From Candidatus Scatovivens sp. (GTDB lineage Bacteria > Bacillota > Clostridia > TANB77 > CAG-508), in NCBI GenBank assembly GCA_045646345.1, contig JAZRKN010000001.1, forward strand, positions 96,001 through 160,000: a DNA stretch of 64,000 nucleotides. Reading direction: 5' to 3'. How positions within the stretch are numbered: position 1 is the stretch's first letter; every line of letters starts with the position of its first letter. Shown piece by piece: positions 1 to 9,790 of this stretch. The notes beneath the pieces were generated by a model. That model saw only the letters and a program-made list of their open reading frames with translations, searched no databases and had not been told where the DNA came from. The translations under genes and the position numbers were made by a program.

Positions 1-1538
1 GCACTACCTATACTCACAGTTAATTTAATCACTGTAGCTGCTGTTATTTCTTCTCCCTCTTCAGGATTTACAGCAATTACAATTCCTGCTTCTACAGTTT
101 CACTATTTTCTTCTATTGCTTCATATTTTAATTCTAAATTATCTAATTCTTTAGTTACATCTTCATATTTTTTGCCAACCATTTTCTTTGGTAATGTAAC
201 TATTTTTTGACCTTTACTTACAACTAAAGTTACTTTTTCTGTAACATTAATTCTAAATTCATCTCCTGCATATTCTGGTGTTTGTTTTATTACATAACCT
301 TCTTCTACAGTATCACTATATTCTTCTTCAAATTTTATTTCTTTAAATCCTAATTCTTCTAATTGTTTTTTTGCATCTTCTTTTTTTACTCTTCCAAGAC
401 CATCTGCATTACCAATCAAGTTTGGCATCGCTACTTGGTCAGGTCTATTTCCGTTAAGTAAAGCTATTGTTCCAGCCATTGCAAATATAAATAATAAAAT
501 TGCAACTAATACTCCTGTTACTGGTGCTGCCCACTTATGTTTAGAATAAAACGCTTTCACTTTGTTTTCTTTTTTCTTAGAATTTACTTCTTCTTGATTA
601 ACTCTTGGAGCTTTTCTATCATTATTTTTTTCCATTTCTAATTCATATATAGTTGGAATTTTTTGTGTTGGAGAATCATCTGATCTAGTAGCTAATACAA
701 CAAAATCTTCGTTTGGTTTTTTTAGTGCTAAAGATAAATCTCTTAACATTTCTGAAGCATTTTGGTATCTTAAGTTTGGATCCTTTTGCATAGCTTTTAA
801 TATAATTCTATTAACACTAACAGGTATTGTGTCGTTGTATCTCATTGGATCTACTGGTTCTTCTTGAACTTGTTTTAATGCAACTGATACTGGAGTATCT
901 GCATCAAATGGAACTTTTCCTGTTAACATTTCATACATTACAATTCCAAGTGAATATAAATCTGATTTAGCATCTGTATATCCACCTCTTGCATGTTCTG
1001 GTGAAAAATAATGTACAGATCCAATTGTTGTACCAAAAGCTGTTATTGTTGAATTTGATACTGCTTTTGCTATACCAAAATCTGTTACTTTTGCTATACC
1101 ATCTTCTGTTATTATTATGTTATGCGGTTTTATATCTCTATGTATTATATTATTTTTGTGGGCCATTTCTAAAGCTGATGCTATTTGAATAGCAATATTT
1201 ACTGACCATTTCCAAGATAATCTTCCATCTTCTGTTATTATTTCTTTTAAAGTTTTTCCTTGAATCAATTCCATTACAATATAATATAAATTATCTTCAT
1301 TACATACATCAAAAATTGAAACTATATTGGGATGATTTAGACTAGCTGCAGATTGTGCTTCTGTATTAAATTTTTTGATAAATTCACTGTCTGTCGTAAA
1401 TTCATCTTTCAATACTTTTACTGCTACATATCTGTTTAGTATGTGACATTTTGCCTTATAAACTAATGCCATTCCTCCATTACCAATTTTTTCTAGTACT
1501 TCATATCTGTTATTTAACATTTTACCTATAAGATTCAT
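1..1538 (-). CDS. prkC: PASTA-domain Ser/Thr protein kinase (PrkC/PknB/Stk1 family), 3' end outside window
   Basis: Not in the ORF track because it runs off the edge. Manual translation from ATG 1538 gives MNLIGKMLNNRYEVLEKIGNGGMA...HRDIKPHN...VTDFGIAKA...GSVHYFSPEHA, then a TM helix and PASTA-like repeats. It lies directly downstream of a PP2C phosphatase. Confidence 0.93.
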   Translation of the reverse strand, partial: MNLIGKMLNNRYEVLEKIGNGGMALVYKAKCHILNRYVAVKVLKDEFTTDSEFIKKFNTEAQSAASLNHPNIVSIFDVCNEDNLYYIVMELIQGKTLKEIITEDGRLSWKWSVNIAIQIASALEMAHKNNIIHRDIKPHNIIITEDGIAKVTDFGIAKAVSNSTITAFGTTIGSVHYFSPEHARGGYTDAKSDLYSLGIVMYEMLTGKVPFDADTPVSVALKQVQEEPVDPMRYNDTIPVSVNRIILKAMQKDPNLRYQNASEMLRDLSLALKKPNEDFVVLATRSDDSPTQKIPTIYELEMEKNNDRKAPRVNQEEVNSKKKENKVKAFYSKHKWAAPVTGVLVAILLFIFAMAGTIALLNGNRPDQVAMPNLIGNADGLGRVKKEDAKKQLEELGFKEIKFEEEYSDTVEEGYVIKQTPEYAGDEFRINVTEKVTLVVSKGQKIVTLPKKMVGKKYEDVTKELDNLELKYEAIEENSETVEAGIVIAVNPEEGEEITAATVIKLTVSIGS

Positions 1539-1540
1539 AA

Positions 1541-2305
1541 TTATCTCTCCTTAGTTTCTTCTTCACCAACTTCGATATTATCAACTATAATTAGTGTAAT
1601 ATTATCGTATCCCCCAAGTTCGTTGGCATTTTTAATTAAAGCATCTTCTGGTTTTTCTGGATTATTAAGTAATAAACTATATATTTCATTATCTCTTAAC
1701 ATATTTGTTAAGCCATCTGAACACATTAATAATATATCATCTTTTAAAAATCCTTTACATATAACATCTGGTTCTACTGTTTCACTGCACCCCAATGCTT
1801 TCATTAGCATATTTTTCTTAGGATGGTTGTAAGCTTCTTCTTTTGTAATTGTTCCTTCTTTTAAAAGTTTTTCTACATAGCTATGGTCAGTTGTAAGTTT
1901 TCTTATTATATTTTTTCTTATTCTATATACTCTACTATCTCCAACATGACCTATAAATACTTTGTTATTATATATTAAGCAAACATCTAAAGTTGTTCCC
2001 ATATCATGTAAATCAATTTTTTCTTTTGATTTTTCATGAACAACTGTGTTTGCATATTCTACAGCATTTCTTAATAAGCTCAATATACTTTCTCTATCTT
2101 TTTTACATTTTTTAAAGTTAGTACTAATATAATTTTTTGTACTAGCTACTGCAAGAGAACTTGCAATTTCGCCACCTTTATAACCGCCCATTCCATCTGC
2201 TAGAATATATAACTTAATTTCATCTTTATTTAAATCTGATACATAAAAACTATCTTGGTTCATTTCTCTAGCTCTTCCTATATCAGATTTAGCTAAAATC
2301 CTCAC
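1541..2305 (-). CDS. prpC: PP2C-family Ser/Thr phosphatase (PrpC/Stp1)
   Basis: Motifs SDIGRAREMNQD, LADGMGG, MGTT, HVGDSR, CSDGL, GGYDNIT; sits between rlmN and the kinase. Confidence 0.93.
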   Translation of the reverse strand: MRILAKSDIGRAREMNQDSFYVSDLNKDEIKLYILADGMGGYKGGEIASSLAVASTKNYISTNFKKCKKDRESILSLLRNAVEYANTVVHEKSKEKIDLHDMGTTLDVCLIYNNKVFIGHVGDSRVYRIRKNIIRKLTTDHSYVEKLLKEGTITKEEAYNHPKKNMLMKALGCSETVEPDVICKGFLKDDILLMCSDGLTNMLRDNEIYSLLLNNPEKPEDALIKNANELGGYDNITLIIVDNIEVGEEETKER

Positions 2306-2321
2306 GACTTACCTCACCTCT

Positions 2322-3359
2322 TTACTCTTTTTTCAAATTCTGTTTTCTCAATTGACCACAAGCCGCTGAAATATCAGATCCTAATTCTCTTCTTATTGTA
2401 GCAACAATTCCATGGTCATTTAGGTAATCTCTAAATTTAATTATATTTTCATTTGTACTTTTTGTATATTTTCCATCTTCAATTTTATTTATTGGAATTA
2501 AATTTACATGTGAAAGCATTCCTTTTAATAATTTTGCTAGCTCTCTTGCATCATCTAAATTATCGTTATTATCTTTTGCTAAAGCATATTCAAAAGAAAT
2601 TCTTTTATTTGTTTTTGTTATATAATATTTACATGCTTTTATTAATTCTTCTATTGGATATGCATTATTTATTGGCATCATTTCACTTCTTGTTTTATTA
2701 TTACTACTATGAAGTGAAACTGACAAAGTACATTGCATTTGTTTATCTGCCAATTCATATATTTTTGGAACTACTCCACTTGTAGAAATACTAATGTGTC
2801 TTGCTCCTATATTTAATCCTTTTTGATTGTTTAAAATCTTAATAGACTTCATTACATTATCATAATTGTCTAATGGTTCTCCTATTCCCATAAAAACAAT
2901 ATTTGATATTTTTATTCCAACATCTCTTTCAATGGCAAGTAATTGTTCTACAATTTCTCCTGCCTCCAAATTTCTTGAAAAAGGAATTCCTGTTGATGCA
3001 CAAAATTTGCATCCCATTTTACAGCCAATTTGACATGATACACATATAGTATACCCATGATGATATTGCATTAATACACTTTCTATTAAATTCCCTTCAC
3101 CATCTTGAACATCAAATAAATATTTTTTTGTTCCATCTACAGATTCTAATTTTCTTACTATTTCAAATAATCCTAAAGAATAATTTTCATCTAATTTTTT
3201 TCTTAAATCCAAAGATAAATTAGTCATTTCTTCAAATGATTTTACTTTATCTTGATAAAGCCATTTAAAAATTTGCTCCGCTCTAAATGGTTTTTCACCT
3301 AACAATTTCAACTCTTCTTTTAGATCATCTAAATCATAATTTTTAATATTTTTTTTCAA
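2322..3359 (-). CDS. rlmN: 23S rRNA/tRNA m2A methyltransferase RlmN (radical SAM)
   Basis: CxxxCxxC motif (CKMGCKFC), FMGIGEPL, C-terminal DISAACGQL. Confidence 0.95.
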   Translation of the reverse strand: MKKNIKNYDLDDLKEELKLLGEKPFRAEQIFKWLYQDKVKSFEEMTNLSLDLRKKLDENYSLGLFEIVRKLESVDGTKKYLFDVQDGEGNLIESVLMQYHHGYTICVSCQIGCKMGCKFCASTGIPFSRNLEAGEIVEQLLAIERDVGIKISNIVFMGIGEPLDNYDNVMKSIKILNNQKGLNIGARHISISTSGVVPKIYELADKQMQCTLSVSLHSSNNKTRSEMMPINNAYPIEELIKACKYYITKTNKRISFEYALAKDNNDNLDDARELAKLLKGMLSHVNLIPINKIEDGKYTKSTNENIIKFRDYLNDHGIVATIRRELGSDISAACGQLRKQNLKKE

Positions 3360-3460
3360 GGTTTACCCCCATTATATATAGTTTGGTTATATCATATAAT
3401 CATTTTTTTTACAATATATTTTTTCAAGATTTAACATAAACATAACATAGTAATGTCCCT

Positions 3461-3490
3461 GGAAGCCATTGGAAATTTCCGCAGGCTTCC
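3461..3490 (-). terminator. Hairpin downstream of orphan gene 3510-3956
   Basis: Nested inverted repeat GGAAGCC-att-GGAAA/TTTCC-gca-GGCTTCC; no clear U-tract. Confidence 0.4.
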
Positions 3491-3509
3491 TCACATTTTG
3501 ATAATAGAA

Positions 3510-3956
3510 TTAACTTTTGGGCTTTAACAAATCCATATTGCTTTCAAGAACTCTTTCTATTTCTTTTTGTTCAGAAATAATAGTATTAAATGATAAAAAA
3601 AACATATCAGTTCCATACTTAAAACAAAGTTCATTACTTACAAAATCTTTATTCGGAATTGTCTTTTTTAGTTCTGTTGATAATTCAATTAGATATTCCT
3701 CTAACTGATATCCAATTTCATTCTCTCTAACTCTAATGTCTCCGTCAAAATTATAGTTTTGGTAATAATATTGGATATTATATTTACCATCCTCATATAA
3801 TCCTATAATAACGTCATCAGTCAGATACCCCGCAAAATCATAGCTATCGATATCAACAATAATCTTGCCTTCATTGTAAAGTTTTCCCATCATCCGAAAA
3901 CAAACGTCTACAACGCAAACATTTCTTACGGCTATTTTAGGATACATTCCCATCAT
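3510..3956 (-). CDS. Hypothetical protein (orphan, 148 aa)
   Basis: Strong RBS AAGGGAGGT before ATG 3956 and a sigmaA-like TTGAAA...TAATAT upstream. No family recognised. Confidence 0.65.
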   Translation of the reverse strand: MMGMYPKIAVRNVCVVDVCFRMMGKLYNEGKIIVDIDSYDFAGYLTDDVIIGLYEDGKYNIQYYYQNYNFDGDIRVRENEIGYQLEEYLIELSTELKKTIPNKDFVSNELCFKYGTDMFFLSFNTIISEQKEIERVLESNMDLLKPKS

Positions 3957-4079
3957 ACTGTTACCTCCCTTAGTTGTCACTTTTCTATCATTTGTATATA
4001 TTAACATAATTTGTTGTGTTTTTCAAGTTTTTCTTTAATTATCAAGCATTTTAACCATTATTTATGTGTATTTTTTCAT

Positions 4080-4111
4080 AAAAAACGAAGACTATATAAG
4101 ATATAGTCTTC
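4080..4111 (-). terminator. Rho-independent terminator ending the glycan operon
   Basis: GAAGACTATAT-aag-ATATAGTCTTC stem with a T-run on the - strand. Confidence 0.8.
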
Positions 4112-4116
4112 ATAAT

Positions 4117-5004
4117 TTATTTTTTTAATATTTTTCTCACGGGAATCTCTATCAATAATTCTAATTTTCTACAAATATTCAATATATGAAATACAATAAC
4201 TTGTAAGAAATTAATATTATTATATTTTTTATGATAATACATTTTGCTTACAAATAATTGTTTCATTTTTTTGTAATAACTTAATGTTTTTCCAATTGTT
4301 TGACTTTCATAATGAATAAATTTTTCACTATTTAAACTAACAATTTTATATTCTTTCTCTGCAATTCTTTTTGCTAATATATCTTCTTCATAAAATAAAA
4401 ACACATCTTCATCCAATAATCCAATTTCTTTTAATACAGAATCTTTTATTATAAAGAATGCTCCAGATATAGCTTCTACTTCTAATAGTTCCTTTTCATA
4501 ATCTTTTTCTAAATATTCACCATTTCTTAATACTTTATAAAAAATTATTTCTAAAACTCTTGTTGAATGAACTACATCCAGCCAAAATGTTCTCATTTTC
4601 CAACTACTTCTACGAATTGGATTATTATCTTTATTAAACATTCTTGGGGCTATAACACCAATTTTAGAATCATTTTCAGACACACTTAAACAATGTTTTA
4701 TTGCCTCTTCAGTAACAGAAATATCTGGATTTGAAATTATGTAGTAATCATATTCTTCATTTAAACTTTGAAGATATTGAATTCCAAAATTATTACCATA
4801 ATCATATCCACCATTTTTATCTGATTTTATTACTTTAACTTTATCTGATTCTAATTTTTGTAATTTTTCAAAAGTTCCTGTAGTAGTAGACTGATTGTCT
4901 ACTACTACAATTCTATTTATTACATCATATTTGGTTATTGTATCTACATATTTTTCTGTATCATCTACATCATTATAGTTTACTATAATAACTGCTACTT
5001 TCAT
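4117..5004 (-). CDS. GT2 glycosyltransferase (WbbL-like, putative rhamnosyltransferase)
   Basis: VIIVNYN, VVDNQS, NGGYDYGNN, SNPD, SGAFF, FLFYEED; RBS AAGGAG favours ATG 5004. Confidence 0.85.
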   Translation of the reverse strand: MKVAVIIVNYNDVDDTEKYVDTITKYDVINRIVVVDNQSTTTGTFEKLQKLESDKVKVIKSDKNGGYDYGNNFGIQYLQSLNEEYDYYIISNPDISVTEEAIKHCLSVSENDSKIGVIAPRMFNKDNNPIRRSSWKMRTFWLDVVHSTRVLEIIFYKVLRNGEYLEKDYEKELLEVEAISGAFFIIKDSVLKEIGLLDEDVFLFYEEDILAKRIAEKEYKIVSLNSEKFIHYESQTIGKTLSYYKKMKQLFVSKMYYHKKYNNINFLQVIVFHILNICRKLELLIEIPVRKILKK

Positions 5005-5024
5005 ATTAACTCCTTCGACAAACA

Positions 5025-5627
5025 CTAAATCATTATATCAACATCTTGAGCATCTTTCATATTTTCGCCTAATTGTAATTTAGAGTCTAATAAATCTGTA
5101 AAATTCTTCTTTTCACTATTAAATACTTTTAGTCCTAATTTTTTACAAACTTGTTTTAATTCTTTTAAAGCACTTCTTATTTCTTCAACATCTTCTGGTT
5201 TAAAATAAGTAATTTTCCCATCTAATATTTCTTTAAATGAATTTAAAGGTATTGCTATTCCAACAATTTTATCCATCGGAATATCGTCAAAATACCTCAA
5301 CTCATCCACTAAATTTGTTGAAGGTCCCATACCTTCAATATTCGTATGCGGTGGCAAATATTTGGCATCAATATCATCCGAAATCACAAAAACCATACAG
5401 TTGTCAATCCATCCTCCTCTTGCAGAATTAAATATCCAACTTTCATCAGTGTAATCATAGTTCTCGTTTTTTCTATATAGACAAATATGTTTAAGACTTT
5501 CATCTGTACAGTTTCTGACATCTTTTCTGTTTTTTATTCCGCCACTATTAATAATTTCCAACATATATTCAACTGATTCTTTATCCAAGCCAAATGGTTC
5601 AAATCCATGATAAAAATAATGTCTCAT
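5025..5627 (-). CDS. Hypothetical protein, possible ADP-ribosyltransferase-like fold
   Basis: YFYHG...IINSGGI...HICLY...VDELRY..DIP..KIVGI pattern; RBS GAGGTG. Fold call is by eye only. Confidence 0.55.
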   Translation of the reverse strand: MRHYFYHGFEPFGLDKESVEYMLEIINSGGIKNRKDVRNCTDESLKHICLYRKNENYDYTDESWIFNSARGGWIDNCMVFVISDDIDAKYLPPHTNIEGMGPSTNLVDELRYFDDIPMDKIVGIAIPLNSFKEILDGKITYFKPEDVEEIRSALKELKQVCKKLGLKVFNSEKKNFTDLLDSKLQLGENMKDAQDVDIMI

Positions 5628-5638
5628 TTATTTCACCT

Positions 5639-7474
5639 CTAAAATTCTGTTTTTTTAAGAATAACACCAGCTTCATTTTGGAATACAACCTCATAATCTT
5701 CTGTATTTTTATATTCATCCGCTGTATATAAAACAAAGTATTTTTTTGTTTCATCTTTTAAGAAATCTTCTACGTCTGTTTCAACAACAGCAAATTGAAG
5801 ATCATTTATTGAAGCTCCTCCTGATTCTGCTCTTGATATTACATACATCCAAGCTTTACAGTTTGTATTCATTCCACCAACAATCATATTTTTTAGAGTT
5901 ATATCTTCAACATTTTGCATTGCTTCTGCAAGTTTTACTCTATTTGCATCAACTAAACAAGATGCATTTATATTTAAAATTCCTAAAACATTAGTGTCAT
6001 AATAAATTCCAGCTAAAGAAGGAGTTTTACACACATCAAAAAGTGTTGGTCTTTTAGCTTGTAATTTTGCTTCCCAACCATTTGTTGCTGATAAAACAAT
6101 AATCACCCATATTGCTAAACAAGAAGTTGCAATTACAAACAATTCTTTATTTTCATCTAAACTTGCCATAACTTCTACAGCTATATCCACAAGTAGAATC
6201 CATAATAAGAAATACATTTTGTAGTAATAATATGGTGAGACAATTCCATATACAACACCAAAGAACATCAATAAAGTTTGTCCACCAATTAACGCTAAAG
6301 CTACTGTTTGAAAATTTATTTTTTTATCTTTTATTGTTTTATAAATAAACAATATTACAAATGGAATATAGAATAGAAAATCTTGATATAAAGATTTATA
6401 AATTCCACCTTCAAATCCAATTGCATCTGTTAATTTGTTTTGATCACTATCTGTAAATGTTGGTATTACTAAATAGAATATTGATAATATTGTTACTATT
6501 AATAAAAGACCTGTTACCCATATAGTTGATTTTTTAAAGAATTTCAAATATGATTTTTCTTCTTTTTTTCCAAAATCTTTTATAAACACATATATACAAA
6601 TAAATGCAAATAGTGGTGGCACAAATAAGCAATATGAGAAAATTATTCCAACTCCCAATAAAACAATTATTGGTAATTGTACCCAGAAATTCATTTCTGC
6701 TTTTTCATATTCTCTTGCCATATAAAATAATGCTGTTGCAAACATTAAACAAACACTCAAATATGAAAATCCATGTAATAAACTAGTATATGGATATGCA
6801 AATGCATAAAGCATTAATAGTACCATTCCTATTACATACGATTTTTTGTTATGTAATTTTTCTGATATTAACATGAAGAATGATAATACAACTAATGCCA
6901 TTATCCCAGTTTCAAAAACTTTAAATGCAACATAATCTTCCCAGCCTGGAATCACATCTCTTACTATATTCATAAATATACCTGTATTTATGTAAGCACC
7001 TGTTTGCATTGTTTTAAAATTATATCCAGTTGTATTATTAATTTTTGCTAAAGCTTTCATTTCATCTGCAAAATTTGTTGCTGCACTGTAATGCATACAA
7101 GCATCAACTGATGCGTTTGCAACTGTTTTTGAAAGCGGTGCATATTGATCCACTGCCATATAGCAAACAATTGCTAAACAAATTAAAGCTCCAATAAAGT
7201 CTTTTATTTTTATTTCGAAACTTTGAATGCCTCTATCTTTATAAATCTTAAATCCTAATCCTGCAGCCACTATTAAATCTGCAATTGATAAAAATAATAA
7301 ATTAGTTGTAACATTTAGACATCCGAACACCATGCAGACTAAGATATTAAATCCCAAATAACAAATTACACTTAATATCAAATGATTTACTAAGTTTTGT
7401 TTACTTTCAGATTTTTTGAAAAGTACAAATATACTTATCAAAGCAATTACTGTTAATACATAGAAAATTCCCAT
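5639..7474 (-). CDS. Polytopic membrane protein, putative GT-C glycosyltransferase
   Basis: More than 10 hydrophobic segments, first large loop with D-x3-H (VDACMHY), soluble C-terminal domain; paralog of 7489-9750. Confidence 0.65.
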   Translation of the reverse strand: MGIFYVLTVIALISIFVLFKKSESKQNLVNHLILSVICYLGFNILVCMVFGCLNVTTNLLFLSIADLIVAAGLGFKIYKDRGIQSFEIKIKDFIGALICLAIVCYMAVDQYAPLSKTVANASVDACMHYSAATNFADEMKALAKINNTTGYNFKTMQTGAYINTGIFMNIVRDVIPGWEDYVAFKVFETGIMALVVLSFFMLISEKLHNKKSYVIGMVLLMLYAFAYPYTSLLHGFSYLSVCLMFATALFYMAREYEKAEMNFWVQLPIIVLLGVGIIFSYCLFVPPLFAFICIYVFIKDFGKKEEKSYLKFFKKSTIWVTGLLLIVTILSIFYLVIPTFTDSDQNKLTDAIGFEGGIYKSLYQDFLFYIPFVILFIYKTIKDKKINFQTVALALIGGQTLLMFFGVVYGIVSPYYYYKMYFLLWILLVDIAVEVMASLDENKELFVIATSCLAIWVIIVLSATNGWEAKLQAKRPTLFDVCKTPSLAGIYYDTNVLGILNINASCLVDANRVKLAEAMQNVEDITLKNMIVGGMNTNCKAWMYVISRAESGGASINDLQFAVVETDVEDFLKDETKKYFVLYTADEYKNTEDYEVVFQNEAGVILKKTEF

Positions 7475-7488
7475 AAATTTTCTCCTTT

Positions 7489-9750
7489 TTATCTTCCTTT
7501 TATTTGAGCAACATAACCGTTTTCGTTTTCAAATAGAATTTCGATTTCACTCATTTCTCTAATTTGTTTTATCTCTTCTTTATATGCATCTTGTCTTTGC
7601 ATTTCATCCCAAACAAATTTTACTAAATATTTTCTTTCTGAATTATTTAATCCATCTTTTACTGAATATGGATAATTTGCGTCTTGTACAAAATTTTGAT
7701 AAGGCATTTTTTCTGATGTTAGTTCCATCATTGCAGTAGCCCAAATTCTGTTATAATATCCATCCGTCATTAATATAATATTGTCTGCACTTAAATCTTT
7801 TACATTATCTCTTGCCCAAAGAGCAATCTCCACAGAACCTTCATTAAAATTTGAAGTCATATCTATTAATTTTCTATAATTACAATTTTCATCAAAATAT
7901 ATTCCCACAAAATTTGGAAGTGCATGTTTTTCAACTTCTCCTATTACATGACCAGCTTTTATCCAAACCCAACTGCATACAAATAATCCCCAAATTATTA
8001 CATATACATATCCTGATATACATATTTTTTCTAAATCTATTTTTTTAATAATATTTTGAATACAATTTAATAATTTTGTTAATTTTATTTTTGAAGCAAT
8101 TTTTTCTATAATTTCATTTATTTTTTCTAAATTAATTTTTCTATTTAATCCCGGAACAGCCGTATAGAAAATTAAAAATGCAAACATAAATAATTTATAT
8201 ACAGTGTTTAAAGGTGCACCACTTAATATTTTGTAAAGTGCTAATATTGAAATAATTGCAATCCAATTTATTTTTCTTCCTTTTAATACATCCCCTAATA
8301 AAAGATATATCATCATAACAACTGCAAATATCTTCAAAATTATATAAGACGGAACTGCTTTAAACGTCAAAAATGCATATAGTAATCCAAATAGAACTAT
8401 ATCTATTCTTATATTTTTTTCATCTACAAATTTATTTATCAATTCTGCGGTTACATTAAATATAACAATCCATAAAATATAATAAGTTTTTAACATATAA
8501 TATTCAGACACGTATCCAAATGCCATGCCTATATTTAGAAGAGCAAAAAATCCAACAATTATAACTGCAAAAATGTCCGAATATTCTAACTGTTTATTTT
8601 TGAATTTTTTAACAAATTCAAAAGCATACATTATTGCAAATGGTATATATGCAAAGAAATTTAAATATCTTTCTTTATATATTTCACCATCAATTTTTAA
8701 AGCATCAACTAAATTGGTTTGACCTTCTATAAAAAATGTTGGTATAAATAAATATCCAATTCCAGCAGCTGTTACTATTAATAGTAAGCTTGTTATTAAT
8801 ATCGTTGTTTTCTTAAAGAATTTAAAATAAGTTTTTCCTTCTTGAGTAAAATCTTTTAAGAAACAGTATATACATATAGCAGCAAATATTGCTGGTACAA
8901 ATAAACAATATGAAAAGATCAATCCAGTTGCTAGTAATACAATCAGTGGAACAACAATTTTTCTAAAAATATTTTCTTTAGAATATAACATTTCCACCAC
9001 TGGTACTAGCATTGCAACCATTGCTATCCCTACTGATAAATATGAAAATCCAAAAATCCAAGAATTATATGGATAACCATACATATATAATGCAAATAAA
9101 ACTAAACTTCCAATTAATCCTCTTTTGGTTTTTATTTTATCTATAAAACAACTGTAAAACGCCAATCCACTTATGAATAGAACTATAACTTCAAATATTT
9201 GATATATGTAGCAATGTTCTAGTCCTGTAATTCCATTTATTACATTCATAAATATACCATCATTAATATAGGCGCCAGTTTGCATTACATTAAAATTAAA
9301 AAATGTTTTATCTTCTACATTTATAAATATTTTTAAATTATCTGAATAATGTTTTGCAGCACGATAATGCACTGCAGAATCTACAGCTCTATGAGTTATA
9401 TCTCCATTATGAATATATAAATCTTTAAAAAACATTACTCCAAAAATAACAAAAATCAATAATAATCCAGCTACACTTAATTTTGAAACACTGTATTTTT
9501 GAATTTCTTTTTTTACAACCGCTTTATACCCTAAAATCATTGAAAATACTAAATTTATTAAAGATAAAAGCCATAAATGTGAAGTAATATTTAAAAGACC
9601 AAGTAACATTCCTAAGAAAATATTGTATCCAAAAAATGTTACTGTAAAAATTATTAACCATTTAATGAAATTTAATTTTTCATTTGTCTTTTTAAACAAC
9701 ATAAATGCTACAGCTAATACTATAACTGATAGTACATATAATATCTCCAT
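7489..9750 (-). CDS. Polytopic membrane protein, putative GT-C glycosyltransferase
   Basis: VDSAVHY...MQTGAYINDGIFMN shared with its neighbour; many TM helices; RBS AAAGGA before ATG 9750. Confidence 0.65.
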   Translation of the reverse strand: MEILYVLSVIVLAVAFMLFKKTNEKLNFIKWLIIFTVTFFGYNIFLGMLLGLLNITSHLWLLSLINLVFSMILGYKAVVKKEIQKYSVSKLSVAGLLLIFVIFGVMFFKDLYIHNGDITHRAVDSAVHYRAAKHYSDNLKIFINVEDKTFFNFNVMQTGAYINDGIFMNVINGITGLEHCYIYQIFEVIVLFISGLAFYSCFIDKIKTKRGLIGSLVLFALYMYGYPYNSWIFGFSYLSVGIAMVAMLVPVVEMLYSKENIFRKIVVPLIVLLATGLIFSYCLFVPAIFAAICIYCFLKDFTQEGKTYFKFFKKTTILITSLLLIVTAAGIGYLFIPTFFIEGQTNLVDALKIDGEIYKERYLNFFAYIPFAIMYAFEFVKKFKNKQLEYSDIFAVIIVGFFALLNIGMAFGYVSEYYMLKTYYILWIVIFNVTAELINKFVDEKNIRIDIVLFGLLYAFLTFKAVPSYIILKIFAVVMMIYLLLGDVLKGRKINWIAIISILALYKILSGAPLNTVYKLFMFAFLIFYTAVPGLNRKINLEKINEIIEKIASKIKLTKLLNCIQNIIKKIDLEKICISGYVYVIIWGLFVCSWVWIKAGHVIGEVEKHALPNFVGIYFDENCNYRKLIDMTSNFNEGSVEIALWARDNVKDLSADNIILMTDGYYNRIWATAMMELTSEKMPYQNFVQDANYPYSVKDGLNNSERKYLVKFVWDEMQRQDAYKEEIKQIREMSEIEILFENENGYVAQIKGR

Positions 9751-9790
9751 TGTTTTTTCCTTTCTCAAACAACTTTAATTGCTAAAATAA

